From: an uncultured Nitrososphaeraceae archaeon
Lineage (GTDB): Archaea > Thermoproteota > Nitrososphaeria > Nitrososphaerales > Nitrososphaeraceae
Assembly: GCA_963779615.1 (NCBI GenBank)
Contig: CAVZZA010000004.1
Location: 256,001-320,000 of the forward strand
Direction: 5' to 3'
Length of the DNA stretch: 64,000 bases
The notes below the pieces were generated by a model. It was given only the letters and a program-made list of their open reading frames with translations, did not search any database and had not been told where the DNA came from. How positions within the stretch are numbered: the stretch's first letter is position 1; every line of letters starts with the position of its first letter. Shown piece by piece: positions 1 to 10,644 of this stretch. Both the position numbers and the translations under genes were made by a program.

Positions 1-902
1 TTTACTCCGGCCGCCTCAAGACCGAGGCCTTCCGTGTTAACCGTTCGACCAGTCGCAAACAGCACGATATCCGGACTCAACACCTCGCCAGTTTCCAAAG
101 TGACTTGTAGTTCGCCATCAACCCGGCCGGCGGTGCGCACTCCTGTGCCGAGCACTACCCTCATCCGCTGTTTTTCGAATACCCCGCACAACAAACGCGA
201 CATCTCGCTATCCATTGTGCTCAGCAGACGGTATCCAGACTGAACCACGGTCACTGGGATCCCAAAGGCAGTAAAAATTGAAGCAAACTCACAACCGATC
301 GAGCCGCCTCCAACGACCAAGACGCTCTTGGGAATGCGTTTAAGATTTGGCAGCTCTTCCGAGTCAAAAATGTCAGGATCGTCAAACTGGATGTTCGCTG
401 GATGAAATGGGCGCGACCCCGTTGCTATCAGAACACTCTCTGCTGTGAAAACGCTTTCGGTTTCTGAGCCTTCATTGGGGGTGACCATTACCTTACGGTT
501 TGGTCCCAAACGCGCCGAGCCAAAGATAACATCTACCCCTAACCTGTCCACAAAGACAGAGCGGGTAAAGGTCTGCAATGCAGAGCAAACCTCCCTTGTC
601 CGTGCACGCATGAGATCCACTGCCATGCCTATGTCTGGTTGCGCAGTCAGTCCATAAAGGGCCCGGTGGCGAAAACCCGTAAGATGCAGGGCCGCCTCGC
701 GGAGGGTCTTGGTTGGCCCACCGCCAGTCGTGACAACAAGGCCACCTAAGACTTTGCGCTCTATGACTAATGTTCGTTTTCCGGCGAATGCGGCAAACTC
801 CGCCGCGCCCTGCCCCGCCGGGCCGCCGCCAATCACAATGAGGTCATAGTGACGGGTGTCCCTCACGGCTTGGGTTGTTCCGCCAACTGCTTCTTGCACC
901 AT
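1..902 (-). CDS. sthA: Soluble pyridine nucleotide transhydrogenase-like flavoprotein (disulfide oxidoreductase family); runs off the left edge
   Basis: Manual translation from ATG at 902 gives HYDLIVIGGGPAGQGAA, GGLVVTTGGGPTKTLREAA, VLIATGSRPFHP, VLVVGGGSIGCEFASIF and VLFATGRTVNTEGLGLE. The CxxxxC redox pair is absent, as in SthA. Confidence 0.75.
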   Translation of the reverse strand, partial: MVQEAVGGTTQAVRDTRHYDLIVIGGGPAGQGAAEFAAFAGKRTLVIERKVLGGLVVTTGGGPTKTLREAALHLTGFRHRALYGLTAQPDIGMAVDLMRARTREVCSALQTFTRSVFVDRLGVDVIFGSARLGPNRKVMVTPNEGSETESVFTAESVLIATGSRPFHPANIQFDDPDIFDSEELPNLKRIPKSVLVVGGGSIGCEFASIFTAFGIPVTVVQSGYRLLSTMDSEMSRLLCGVFEKQRMRVVLGTGVRTAGRVDGELQVTLETGEVLSPDIVLFATGRTVNTEGLGLEAAGV

Positions 903-1049
903 TTCGCATAGGCGATGATGGCTAATATGCATTTCATGGCGAATGCGGCAAACTCATCCGGGCCGCCGCCGCCAATCACAATGAGGTCATAGTGACGGGT
1001 GTCCCTCACGGCTTGGGTTGTTCCGCCAACTGCTTCTTGCACCATTTCG
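783..1049. repeat. Direct duplication of the BASS/sthA junction (about 783-907 and 938-1049)
   Basis: GGCGAATGCGGCAAACTC and CCGCCAATCACAATGAGG...TTCTTGCACCATTTCG each occur twice; the two ATG copies are 143 nt apart (902 and 1045). Confidence 0.9.
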
Positions 1050-1866
1050 AATAGAGAATGGTCGCGACAATAGATACAATTAGGTAAATCACAATCACAT
1101 CAATGGTTACTGCAGCTGGGAAATTTATTGCCGCTATGAGCGTAGCTATCCCCATTTGACGTTGGGAAGAGGCCATTGCCAGAACTGCACGATCCCCAAA
1201 TGCCGGCCCGCCCAATAAATGTCCAGCTGCCAATGACACCGCAGCCAACACAAAGATCACTATGTAGGACAATACACCGGCTTCCATAATACCATTCAAA
1301 TTCAGCACCAGCAAAGCGAGCAAGGCTGCCATGGTCACCTTACCTACAACGGCGTTTATCGATTTACTAAAACGTTCGGCCCATCGCGGTGCAAAGCGCC
1401 GAATAATTGCACCTAGTATCAACGGGATGAGAATGGTCTTTGCAATGATCTTAACTACTTCAATTGGTGGGACGCTAGCATCATGAGCCAGAGGAAGAGC
1501 CGTCAGAATGGTCAAGGAAACAGGAACGGTAACCACGCTTATCAGCGACATGCCAATTAACAGGGAATACGCATATGCTGGGTTTGCCCCCCTAGCCTCC
1601 ATTTTGAAGGGCAAAGTTATCGCAATGGGCGAGATCGACAAGAGTATCACCGCAGTTTTCACGCCAACAGGTAGCGGCACTAAAATTAGTATCACTGCAG
1701 TCACTACTGGGACCACAACGTACATAGCAAGAAACGTACGAGCGAACAGGCCAGGACGACGAAAAAGGAAAGACAGCTCAAACCGTGTAGCTCCAAAACC
1801 CAGGTTTAGAGCAGATGTGAATAATGTTGCCTGCAGCAAGATGAGAATTAATTGCTCTACGGTCAT
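1006..1866 (-). CDS. Bile acid:sodium symporter (BASS) family transporter
   Basis: 286 aa, very hydrophobic, with LFRRPGLFARTFLAMYVVVP and GHLLGGPAFGDRAVLAMASSQRQMGIA typical of BASS proteins. Confidence 0.8.
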   Translation of the reverse strand: MTVEQLILILLQATLFTSALNLGFGATRFELSFLFRRPGLFARTFLAMYVVVPVVTAVILILVPLPVGVKTAVILLSISPIAITLPFKMEARGANPAYAYSLLIGMSLISVVTVPVSLTILTALPLAHDASVPPIEVVKIIAKTILIPLILGAIIRRFAPRWAERFSKSINAVVGKVTMAALLALLVLNLNGIMEAGVLSYIVIFVLAAVSLAAGHLLGGPAFGDRAVLAMASSQRQMGIATLIAAINFPAAVTIDVIVIYLIVSIVATILYSKWCKKQLAEQPKP

Positions 1867-1912
1867 CTACTTCACTACATATTGGCCAAGTTGAGCCAGA
1901 GCTGCTCTTCAG

Positions 1913-3247
1913 TTAGGTGTCTAAATCTGCCAGCCAACGTAAGGCACGTATGCCTGGCATGAAACAATATTCACCGCCGCGTGTGACGACGAACCGAGGC
2001 AGACTCTGGAAGCTCTTTCGGACTGGCTTGCTTGGGACGATGAACTTGCCCGAGCCATCGTTGGCTCCTGAAATGGGGTCTTTGTCGTTGCCTGACCCAA
2101 TAAACACGCCGTTGTTCACCCACTCTGCCTGGACAAACTCGAACTGCCGGCGAAGGTGCGCGCCTATGAAGACGAAAATTAATCCCCGATCTGCCCCATC
2201 ATCCTCCAACACCCCCTCCGGCAGAGGGGGGCCGTAACGGGTGCCGCGCCGAATCATCCTGTGGAGACTAACTTTGGTGGTGTCTCCGAGCGTGTCTCGT
2301 GGATTCATCCGCCGAATGTGTGATCCGGATGGTGTGCTGAATCCTCTCGGATCCTTGTCTTGAAAAAGAAAATTGTTGTTGCGTTTAGGGTCGGCTCCAA
2401 GTTCGGGGTCATCACGTTCTGGGCAGAGGGCTAAGGGGGCTCCACTTCTCCAGCGTCCCATCATCTTGGCGGCCTTCAGTTCCTCTTCCTCAGGGTTTGA
2501 GGAAATTGTCTTCAGGTATTTCCTGAAATCGGCCACGCGCTGGTGGAGTTTTCGGAACACAACGTAGGTTCCGTTTCGGCCGAGTGCGTCTGGTTTCGGC
2601 ATATCAGGAAATCCTGCCAGTCTCATCGGGGTAGCCTAATACGAATTCTCCAGCCTTGAGAGGGGGGTCCCTGGGGTTGGTGCCTGGAATTCCACTCCCC
2701 TCTATTGCAGGATGACTGATGCCGTCTCTAAAGCCAAAGGGCTCCTTTTCGGTTGGCAGCGCGTAGCAATCCTGACGCCAGATGGGTTTGATACCCTGCA
2801 ATCCATGGTATGCTTTCCTGGCACGCTCCATTACTGACTCAAGTTTCTGCTCGTTTGGAGATAGGGCAGTCAGGACAACATGAACGTCTTTTGTCCCGAG
2901 TGGTTTCTCCCAATTCTCCGGAGAGCTTTCTCCAGTGTCCCCTAGTTCATTTGCCCGTGAAGCCATCCCCTGACTGAAATTCAGGTGGGAAACTGTCCAG
3001 TGATTCTGGAGGAACACCCAGGGCCTTAAGGCCTTGGAATCTCAAGGAAACGCTTACCCAAGCATCGCCTGCTGGGCTTGTCTGATGCCCGACGGACGCC
3101 ACAACCCTACTCAGCCTCTCCATCAGATCTCGTCCCGCCTTACGGTCATCTATGCGTAATAGGATGTATGTTGCCACATAAGGTGTTGGGTCGGGGAGAA
3201 AGAACCCCGCTCTGTATGTCGTCCAATTCGAGCGTGGCCTTTGACAT
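1913..3247 (-). CDS. Dyp-type peroxidase split by several frameshifts (pseudogene or sequencing error)
   Basis: Starts MSKATLELDDIQSG; fragments contain EPFGFRDGISHP, GEFVLGYPDE, RNGTYVVFRKLHQ, SHIRRMNPRD, HRMIRRG, QFEFVQAEW and RGGEYCFMPG. Confidence 0.85.
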
Positions 3248-3269
3248 CTCAGTCAACTCTTCCCACTAG

Positions 3270-3481
3270 TCCCTGACTTTTTAGAGATATTGGCTAAGAC
3301 TTAGCTGAATAGATTCTTCCATAATCGTCGTAGTCTTGAGTCACCGCCAAACGTGTAGGCCCAAATGGTGGCGTCTGCTATCAAAATGTCCGGCTTCATC
3401 CGAGTAACTCCAATAAACATACATGCTGATGCGGCGATGATCGCAATCTCGTTTGCGTGGTGCTGTAGTCATCTCAGTCAT
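3270..3481 (-). pseudogene. Internally deleted remnant of a conserved gene that precedes Dyp in bacterial clusters
   Basis: The N-terminal RRISMYVYWSYS is joined to a C-terminal ILIADATIWAYTFGGDSRLRRLWKNL; an AAGGAG Shine-Dalgarno precedes the ATG. Recognised from memory; the end coordinate is approximate. Confidence 0.45.
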
Positions 3482-3505
3482 GGTCTTGCACTCCTTTGAC
3501 CTGTT

Positions 3506-3993
3506 TTATTGCATTTGATCCAGCATGTTGCTGAATGCATTGCGAACTTTCAATGCCTTTTTGATCTCCTCGACCGTAACACCAGGATAACCCTCGAATT
3601 GGATAGAAGCTCTCTACACCGCGTTGTCCGCCAGAAACTTCCTGTATGCCTCCGGGTCGGCTGCACTGGCAGCGTGGTCGTCAGGAAATCCCTCTAGATC
3701 CGGGAAGAACCCTGCAACCCCGGATTCAGCAAAGATCCTGGCAGCGTCATCAATGTACCTGTCCATGATCCGTGTCGAACGAAGCGTAGTAGATAAATCG
3801 TGTGTCATTGTCGAAGAGAATCCACCGTGCGTAGTGTAGCGTAAGCGGCCTTAACAGTCTTGTCTGTACCTCTTCCCACGGCAAATTCAGCTCGCTTAGA
3901 GGCGTTATCGCGAATTTTCTGACCTCTGCCAGGCTTTACCTTTGCAACAAAGGTGAAGTGTTGATTGTAGATAAGGTAATTGTTTCTTGCATA
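3506..3993 (-). CDS. Conserved Dyp-associated hypothetical protein, frameshifted
   Basis: Joined frames give FTFVAKVKPGR...LTLHYARWILFDNDTRFIYYASFDT...RYIDDA...DLEGFP...GYPGVTVEEIKKALKVRNAFSNMLDQMQ*. The start is approximate. Confidence 0.6.
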
Positions 3994-4526
3994 TTGTAAC
4001 ATAATGAAAGTATATATTATTAAACTTTTAAGATAATGCAAAAAACCATCAATTAGTTAAATAAGTTAACTTGCTCCAGAAAGAACCATTTTCAACAGAG
4101 AATACTGTTTTAGATATCATCATAGATACTTGCAGTTTAGTAACAATAAGGAGGTTGAGATTTGATTTTAGGCATAGATGGACCTTGCGATCTTTGCCTA
4201 ATCCAAATCTTTGTGGACGTCAGGTTCTGAAATGTTACTCCACAAAAAGAGTTACACTGTATGAGTGTATCGTTTATACTTGAGCCTGTACGTGTCACTT
4301 CTAAGAGTGAGAAAGCCCTTGAGTAAGAGCGGAATTATTAGCTTTGTCCAGGGATTAACTAAACTGATGTATGTATTTTCTGCAAAATGAGAAACAATCA
4401 GCAATAATAAATAATAGATCTGTCTGTATTGACAAATGAATAAACATGATCATGAACAAGCAGTGAGAGGAATATCTGGAGTATTATGCCTTCGAGCAGT
4501 TACTCGGCGATAGTAGGAGTAGGCCC

Positions 4527-5680
4527 ATGTCAGACCATTTCTCCGGACCCCGAGCGATCGCAGGTCCGGCCGGCGATATCACTGATCTTTATGCATTCCC
4601 CAGCCCAGAGCGTCCGGGTCACCTCGTGCTCGTGCTAGACGTGATGCCAGACGCCCGCCTAGACTCGCACTTCTCAGAAGCGATTGTCTATCGTTTGCGG
4701 CTTCGGCGAGTCACCATCGGGGGAACCGGGGCAGCCACAGCCTTCCCCTTCGCTGGCGAGGACCAAGAGGTGGTCTTCAGCTGCCACTTTGAGCCTCCGC
4801 GGCAAGGCGAAGTAGGGATGGCCCAGACGCAGGAAGGCTGGTGCGTGGCGCCGTCCGGCGAGACGATACGCTTCCGCGTTCACGACGAGAAAGGTGCAAG
4901 TAGCGATGGCCTGCGCATCTATGCCGGCCTCAGAGCTGACCCATTCTTTATGGACCCGCAGGCGATCTTAGAGTCGCAAAAGACTGGGCGGCTTGCCCTT
5001 AAGAAGGTCGGAAACAATGCCTTGATCGGGCTCAACGTTCTGAGCATCGTCATAGAGGCTGACTGCCAACCGTGGCTGCGCGACGGTCGTGGGCCACTGT
5101 TAGCGGTGGTCAGCGAGACTGTAGTCGCCGGCAAGCTCCCTGTCCGCATCGATCGGGTCGGCCGCCCAGAGATCAAGAACATGATCTTGGGGTTGAAGGA
5201 GTTTGACCAAGTCAACCGCGACTTGGAGGTGCGCGACCTCTACAATCTCGAAGACGCCTTCCACATGAGCAAGGTCTACGGTGGCGTTTATCGCGCTCGG
5301 ATGCATGCCAACCTGGCCAGTTACGATCGCTGGGATGGTAAGACCGACTGGCCTCTTGACCCTGATGGCGCCCACCCCCTGACTGAGTCTGCTTCTCTCC
5401 GACTACCTGGTCGTCGACGTCACAAAGCCGTATGCCGACGATAGCTTCTTCGAAATCGAGCAGGCTACCCTCAATAGGCGGACCCACCAAACGTGTGGTG
5501 GACGCTCACTCAACGACGACTTTGTAGACAAACTGCTCACGCTGCTTGTTAACGCCGGCAAAGGGGCACCTGTGAGTGACGGCGTGGACCGGCCGGCGAC
5601 GCCAGTCTCCAATGTCTTCCCGTACCAGGCGCCGCCAAATTCTATACCGCCGGCTAACCCCGCGCGGCCGGTCATTGAGA
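4527..5680 (+). CDS. DUF4331 family protein, frameshifted near 5390
   Basis: MSDHFSGP, DITDLYAFPSP, AGLRADPFFMD and IDRVGRPE; a shifted frame continues DYLVVDV...CGGRSLNDDFVD...FPYQAPPN. An AGGAG Shine-Dalgarno lies upstream. The end is approximate. Confidence 0.75.
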
Positions 5681-5689
5681 CGTAGGGGG

Positions 5690-6017
5690 AGAGTGCTTCC
5701 TGGTCCATCTTTGCCGGAAGGAGTATTGGAGGATGACGGAACGGAGCGAGGACTGATGTTTGTCTTTATAGGTACAAGTATTAGTCGGCAGTTCGAGTTT
5801 GTCCAGGCAGAGTGGGTGAACAACGGTATATTTATTGGATCAGGTGGTGACAAAGACCCTACTGCAGGAGCCAACGATGACACAGGAAAGTTTATCGTCC
5901 CACGCAAACCAATCCGAAAAAGCTTCCAGAACCGGCCTCGGTTCGTCGTCAGGCGGTGAATATTGTTTCATGCCAGGCATACGTGCCTTACGTTGGCTGG
6001 CAGATTTAGACACCTGA
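5690..6017 (+). pseudogene. Second, 3'-only copy of the Dyp peroxidase, inverted relative to 1913-2240
   Basis: LPEGVLEDDGTERGLMFVFIG...QFEFVQAEWVNNG...GGEYCFMPGIRALRWLADLDT*; the last ~60 nt are identical to the reverse complement of the first copy's end. Confidence 0.85.
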
Positions 6018-6029
6018 CGGAAAGCCAGA

Positions 6030-6560
6030 CGGCTCCAAATTTGACCGGACCAGTTCAACTTATTTACTTCTGCCAACCTTGCGATAAAACTAATTGACGA
6101 GATTTTCAGATTATCTCCTTTGATAATCCAAGGTAGAGTCATGATACTCAGTATTCACCTATCCTTCTTGTGATTTCTTCCACATCGCTTTCCAGCTGGA
6201 ACTTGGCAGAGTTTGGCCGACCAATATCCTCCGCAGTCTCAACGAGGGTTTGGTCCAGATTCCTAAGTTCCCCTGCCTGCTCTATAATTCTGTGAATGTC
6301 CTTTATGATTGCATGGCCCTCTATCTTTATCCGGCTATAAAGGCACTAGCAAGAAGGGACACCATCGCCAAGCTCATTCATACATTGCATATTGGCGTAT
6401 CTGAAGGCGGAGGCACCTATATCAAGACCAGCAGGACAACCTTTCTGCCTATCTTAAAGCATCTGACAGTTTTCCCACTTCCTTTCCAAGCTTAATCTTC
6501 TGCTCATGCAGGCCCCAGCGTGATTATTGAACAGGTCAACCTTTTTCCTCAATTCCAAAA
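6030..6560 (-). pseudogene. Degenerate copy of the double-HTH/coiled-coil gene
   Basis: TTCCACATCGCTTTCCAGCTGGAACTTGGCAGAGTTTGGCC resembles 10915-10960 (FQLERDV motif). Boundaries are approximate. Confidence 0.55.
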
Positions 6561-6947
6561 GATGCTGTGTTTCTAGCAGTTCCATTACGTCTTGTTTAAT
6601 CTCCCTCTTTTTTATACAATATTAAAAATTGTTAATACTGATTCTTTAACTGTCAGTGTGTCAATAATTTTTGATTTTAACGTAAATAGAAGGAACACAA
6701 ATTATGGCAGGTTCCTATCTAGCCATCGAACAGAAACTGGCGGTCTTATATCAAAAAGCATTGTTGCTGTACATGACATTGACCACCGAAGTGACCGCCT
6801 AACCTTCCAACGAGACTATTTATACCTAATCCAGATGAAAGCGTTACACCCAAGGTTTGTTGTAGGTTAACGCTAGGTCACAAATTTGAAAGAAAGGTTA
6901 TTGGGATTATGGATTTGTCTATAGGGCATGTCTATAAAAATACACTA

Positions 6948-7113
6948 GGCGGGCCTTCCATAGGCGTTGGTTACTGTGCATGTGATCGCTTGGTAGGGAC
7001 TGGCTATTGTGTCACTGCATCCTTCAGATAATGTCGATGTGAGGGACGCTATCACTGAGACAGTGTTGTCGCCATTGTTTGCCACAAACATAAAGCCGTT
7101 GTCTTCATTAAAG
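6948..7113 (-). repeat. 166-bp perfect repeat (second copy 8899-9064) encoding a YVTN-protein C-terminal tail
   Basis: Identical by eye to 8899-9064; encodes FNEDNGFMFVANNGDNTVSVI...TCTVTNAYGRPA. Confidence 0.9.
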
Positions 7114-7121
7114 ACGGCAGG

Positions 7122-8684
7122 TCATGGGTCTAGGAAAAACACCTGTATGCGGTTGTTTTGGGTGTCTGCCACATACACGTTGCCCGTTGTAGGGTTCACA
7201 GCAACGCCTATTGGACTACTGAACTGGCCGTCTCCTGTACCGAAAGTCCCAAACTTTGTGATGAACGCACCGCTGGAATCAAACACCTGGATTCTGTTGT
7301 TGCCGTTTTCTGCCACATACACGTTGCCCGATGCCGGGTTCACGGCAATGCTTTCTGGAAAACTAAACTGGCCGTCGCCCGAGCCGCCTGACCCAAACTT
7401 TGTGATGAACGCACCGCTGCTGGCGTCAAACACTTGGATGCGGCTGTTGGAATCATCTGTCACATACACGTTGCCAGTTGCCGGGTTTACCGCAACACCT
7501 ACTGGACCATCAAACTGGCCGTCTCCTGTAACCGAAGGAGCCGAACTTTGTGATGAAGGTGCCGTTGCTGTCAAACACCTGGATTCTGTTGTTGCCTGTG
7601 TCTGCCACAAACACGTTGCCCGTCGAGGGATTTACGGCAACGCCTAATGGAAAACTAAACTGGCCGTCGCCCGAGCCGCCTGACCCAAACTTTGTGATGA
7701 AGGTGCCAGCGGAGTCAAACACTTGGATGCGGCTGTTGGCCTGGTCTACAACGTACACGCTGCCCGTTAACGGGTTCACGGCAATGCCTACTGGACCAAA
7801 AAACTGGCCGTCGCCCGAGCCGCCTGACCCAAACTTTGTGATGAAGGTGCCGTTGCTGTCAAATACCTGGATTCTGTTGTTTTGGGTGTCTGCCACATAC
7901 ACGTTGCCCGTTGTAGGGTTCACGGCAACGCCTGTTGGAAGTATAAACTGGCTGTCGGCGGAGCCAAGGGACCCCCACTTGCTCAGAAACAGATACTCCT
8001 TTACCAAAAACTCGTTTGTGACGTTGCACTCCCTGCCCTCACCGGCCGTTTCGATAGTGCCGCTGCAGTCTGCGCTAAAGTTCCTCACGACCTTCAGCGG
8101 CGATGAGGCGCTGTCCTGGAAGTCCTCCGACACGTTGTAGTCTACCGACATTGAGCGTAACGTTAGTGCCGACCTCGGAGCCGGCAAACGATGCGGGGCT
8201 TGGATTGCCGTTACCTGGGGCTCCAGTCACTAGCATTGTAAAATCTGATGGAGGTGGGCATGTGAAAGCCGTCAGGGCATGTTATGTTCTTTGTGACCAA
8301 GAGGAAGCCTGTTTGGGGTGTTGGTGATGGAGTTGGTGTTGGTGATAATACCTCCAGAAGGTTGCTGCTGCTGAATGTTTTTGCTCTGGTCGTTAAAGCC
8401 TGAGGCAGTGTTGTCCTTGCCCTCTACCTGTTGGCCTTCGTTTGCATGCTTGCACTCTGGAGACCTGTAGCATAGGTTGTCCTGACCTAGATATTGAGTT
8501 GTGCGATCTGGAATCTGCGTTTACGTCCTTGTGGAGGCTGCCTTTGTAGTCTTTGGTGATTTTGTTATCGTCATCAGATGTCACTACCAACGACAGCGTA
8601 GGATTGCACTGGAGCCATATTATGCCCTGTGACAAGCAAGGACGATAACGCGGAAATTATTAAGAGACACCATAAAATGTTCAT
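7122..8684 (-). CDS. Secreted NHL-repeat (6-blade propeller) protein with Ig-like domain, copy 1, frameshifted
   Basis: ATG at 8684 (MNILWCLLIISALSSLLVTG); six repeats of GQFxxPxGVAVNPxTGNVYVADxxNNRIQVFD across the frames; ends FFLDP. Confidence 0.85.
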
Positions 8685-8727
8685 ATATGAGGTATTGTCA
8701 GGTTTTCAGTTTATATGGAATAGGGCT
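8685..8727 (-). promoter_or_regulatory. Conserved upstream block of the secreted-protein family (TATA-like element about 25 nt before the ATG)
   Basis: Minus-strand CCCTATT(T/C)CAT(AT)AAA...GAAAAC..GACA...CATAT-ATG recurs before 10644, 16614 and 19115. Confidence 0.65.
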
Positions 8728-8898
8728 TTTAAAAGCTGCAATCTCATTTTGTGTTTATTGTCCTACAAAAAACAGCATAACACTGAAACTGAACAATGCA
8801 CACGAAATGTTTGCTTCATCCATTCTTTAGGGCAATGTTGAAGTTAAAACGGCAATTGTCTAGAAAGAATAATAAAATAATTGTAAAAAAATGGGCTG

Positions 8899-9064
8899 GG
8901 CGGGCCTTCCATAGGCGTTGGTTACTGTGCATGTGATCGCTTGGTAGGGACTGGCTATTGTGTCACTGCATCCTTCAGATAATGTCGATGTGAGGGACGC
9001 TATCACTGAGACAGTGTTGTCGCCATTGTTTGCCACAAACATAAAGCCGTTGTCTTCATTAAAG
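8899..9064 (-). repeat. 166-bp perfect repeat (first copy 6948-7113)
   Basis: Identical to 6948-7113 and in frame behind the TGA of the 9073-10644 gene. Confidence 0.9.
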
Positions 9065-9072
9065 GCGTCAGG

Positions 9073-10644
9073 TCAGGGGTCCAGGAAAAACACCTGGATT
9101 CTGTGGTTGAACGCGTCTGCCACATACACATTGCCTGTGGTGGGGTTGACGGCAACGCTTGTTGGACTACTAAACTGGCCGTCGCCGGAGCCGCCCGACC
9201 CAAACTTTGTTATGAAGTTGCCAGCGCTGTCAAACACCTGTATGCGGTTGTTGCCGGTGTCTGCCACAAACACGTTGCCCGAGGTGGGGTCGACGGCAAC
9301 GCCTCTTGGATTGCTAAACTGGCCGTCGCCGGAGCCGGCGGACCCAAACTTTGTTATGAAGTTGCCAGCGCTGTCAAACACCTGGATTCTGTTGTTGGAA
9401 AAGTCTGACACGTACACGTTGCCCGAGGTGGGGTCGACGGTAAGGCCTGCCGTACCGCCAAGAAACTGGCCGTTACCAGAGCCTGTACCTCCAAACATTG
9501 TTAGGAGGTTGCCAGCGCTGTCAAACACCTGGATTCTGTTGTTGCCCGTGTCCGTCACATACACGTTGCCAGTTGTGGGGTTGAAGGCAACGGCAACCGG
9601 AGTATTAAACGATCCCAAAATCGTTATGAACGTTCCGGTACTGTCAAACACTTGGACGCGGTTGTTGAAGGTATCCGCCACGTACACGTTGCCCGTCGAG
9701 GGGTTCACGGCAACGCCAAACGGAAAACTGAACTGGCCGTTACCAGAGCCGGCGGATCCAAAACTTGTTATAAAGTTGCCATTGCCGTCAAACACCTGGA
9801 TTCTGTTGTTGTTGGTGTCTGCCACATACACATTGCCAGTGGTTGGGTTCACTGCAACGCCAAACGGAACATTAAAAGTTCCGTTGTCAATGGTGCCAAA
9901 GGTTCCAAACTTGCTCAAAAACAGGTACTCCTTTACAATAAACTCGTTTGTCACGTTGCACTCCCTGCTTTCACCTGCCGTGTCTATGGTGCCCCTACAT
10001 CCCTCGCTAAAGTTTCTCACAACCTTCAGCGGCGATGAGGCGCTGTCCTCAAAGTCCTCGGTGACGTTGAAGTCCCCGACATTCAGGGTGACGTTGGTGC
10101 CCAACTCGGAGCCGGCAAATGTAGCGGGATTGGGGTTTCCGTTGCCAGGCGTTCCGGTGACACGCATTGTAAAGTCGGATGGCGATGGGCAGTCAAAGCC
10201 GTCGGGACAGGTTACGTTCTTTGTGACCAGTAGGGTGCCTGTTTGAGGTGTCGGTGTCGGAGTTGTTCCGCTTCCCGGTGTTTGTGGTGACGGTGTTGTT
10301 GACCCGGCGGGCAGCTGCTGTTGCTGCTGCTGTTCAGTGTTTTTGCTCTGGTCATTGAAGCCTGAGGCCGCATTGTCCCTGCCCTCTGTCTGCTCACCTT
10401 CGTTTGCCTGCCTGCAACCGTCATCCCCATAGCAAAAATTGTCCTGGTCCAAATGCTGGTTGGTTTTTTCGGACTTTGAGTCCATGTCCTTGTGTATGCT
10501 GTCCTTGTAGTCCTTGGTGATTTTGGGACCGTCATCATTGTCACTGCCAGTGGCGGCATAAGACTGGACTGGAGCCAAGTTTGGCCCTGTAACGAATAAA
10601 GACGCTAATGCGGCTATTACAAGGAGACACTGCAAAATACTCAT
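9073..10644 (-). CDS. Secreted NHL-repeat (6-blade propeller) protein with Ig-like domain, copy 2, intact
   Basis: 523 aa: signal peptide, QDNFCYGDDGCRQANEGEQ motif, Pro/Thr linker, VTKNVTC...C Ig-like domain and six NHL repeats. Confidence 0.9.
   Translation of the reverse strand: MSILQCLLVIAALASLFVTGPNLAPVQSYAATGSDNDDGPKITKDYKDSIHKDMDSKSEKTNQHLDQDNFCYGDDGCRQANEGEQTEGRDNAASGFNDQSKNTEQQQQQQLPAGSTTPSPQTPGSGTTPTPTPQTGTLLVTKNVTCPDGFDCPSPSDFTMRVTGTPGNGNPNPATFAGSELGTNVTLNVGDFNVTEDFEDSASSPLKVVRNFSEGCRGTIDTAGESRECNVTNEFIVKEYLFLSKFGTFGTIDNGTFNVPFGVAVNPTTGNVYVADTNNNRIQVFDGNGNFITSFGSAGSGNGQFSFPFGVAVNPSTGNVYVADTFNNRVQVFDSTGTFITILGSFNTPVAVAFNPTTGNVYVTDTGNNRIQVFDSAGNLLTMFGGTGSGNGQFLGGTAGLTVDPTSGNVYVSDFSNNRIQVFDSAGNFITKFGSAGSGDGQFSNPRGVAVDPTSGNVFVADTGNNRIQVFDSAGNFITKFGSGGSGDGQFSSPTSVAVNPTTGNVYVADAFNHRIQVFFLDP

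Noticed and set aside
7122-9075. Selenocysteine decoding of the in-frame TGA codons
   Set aside because: The paralog has TAA at the same position, the site is not a Cys position, and no Sec machinery is known to me for this lineage.
7009-10246. Long plus-strand ORFs (7009-7647, 7550-8140, 8960-10246; similar ones at 15392 and 17281)
   Set aside because: They are antisense shadows of repeat-rich, codon-biased minus-strand genes.
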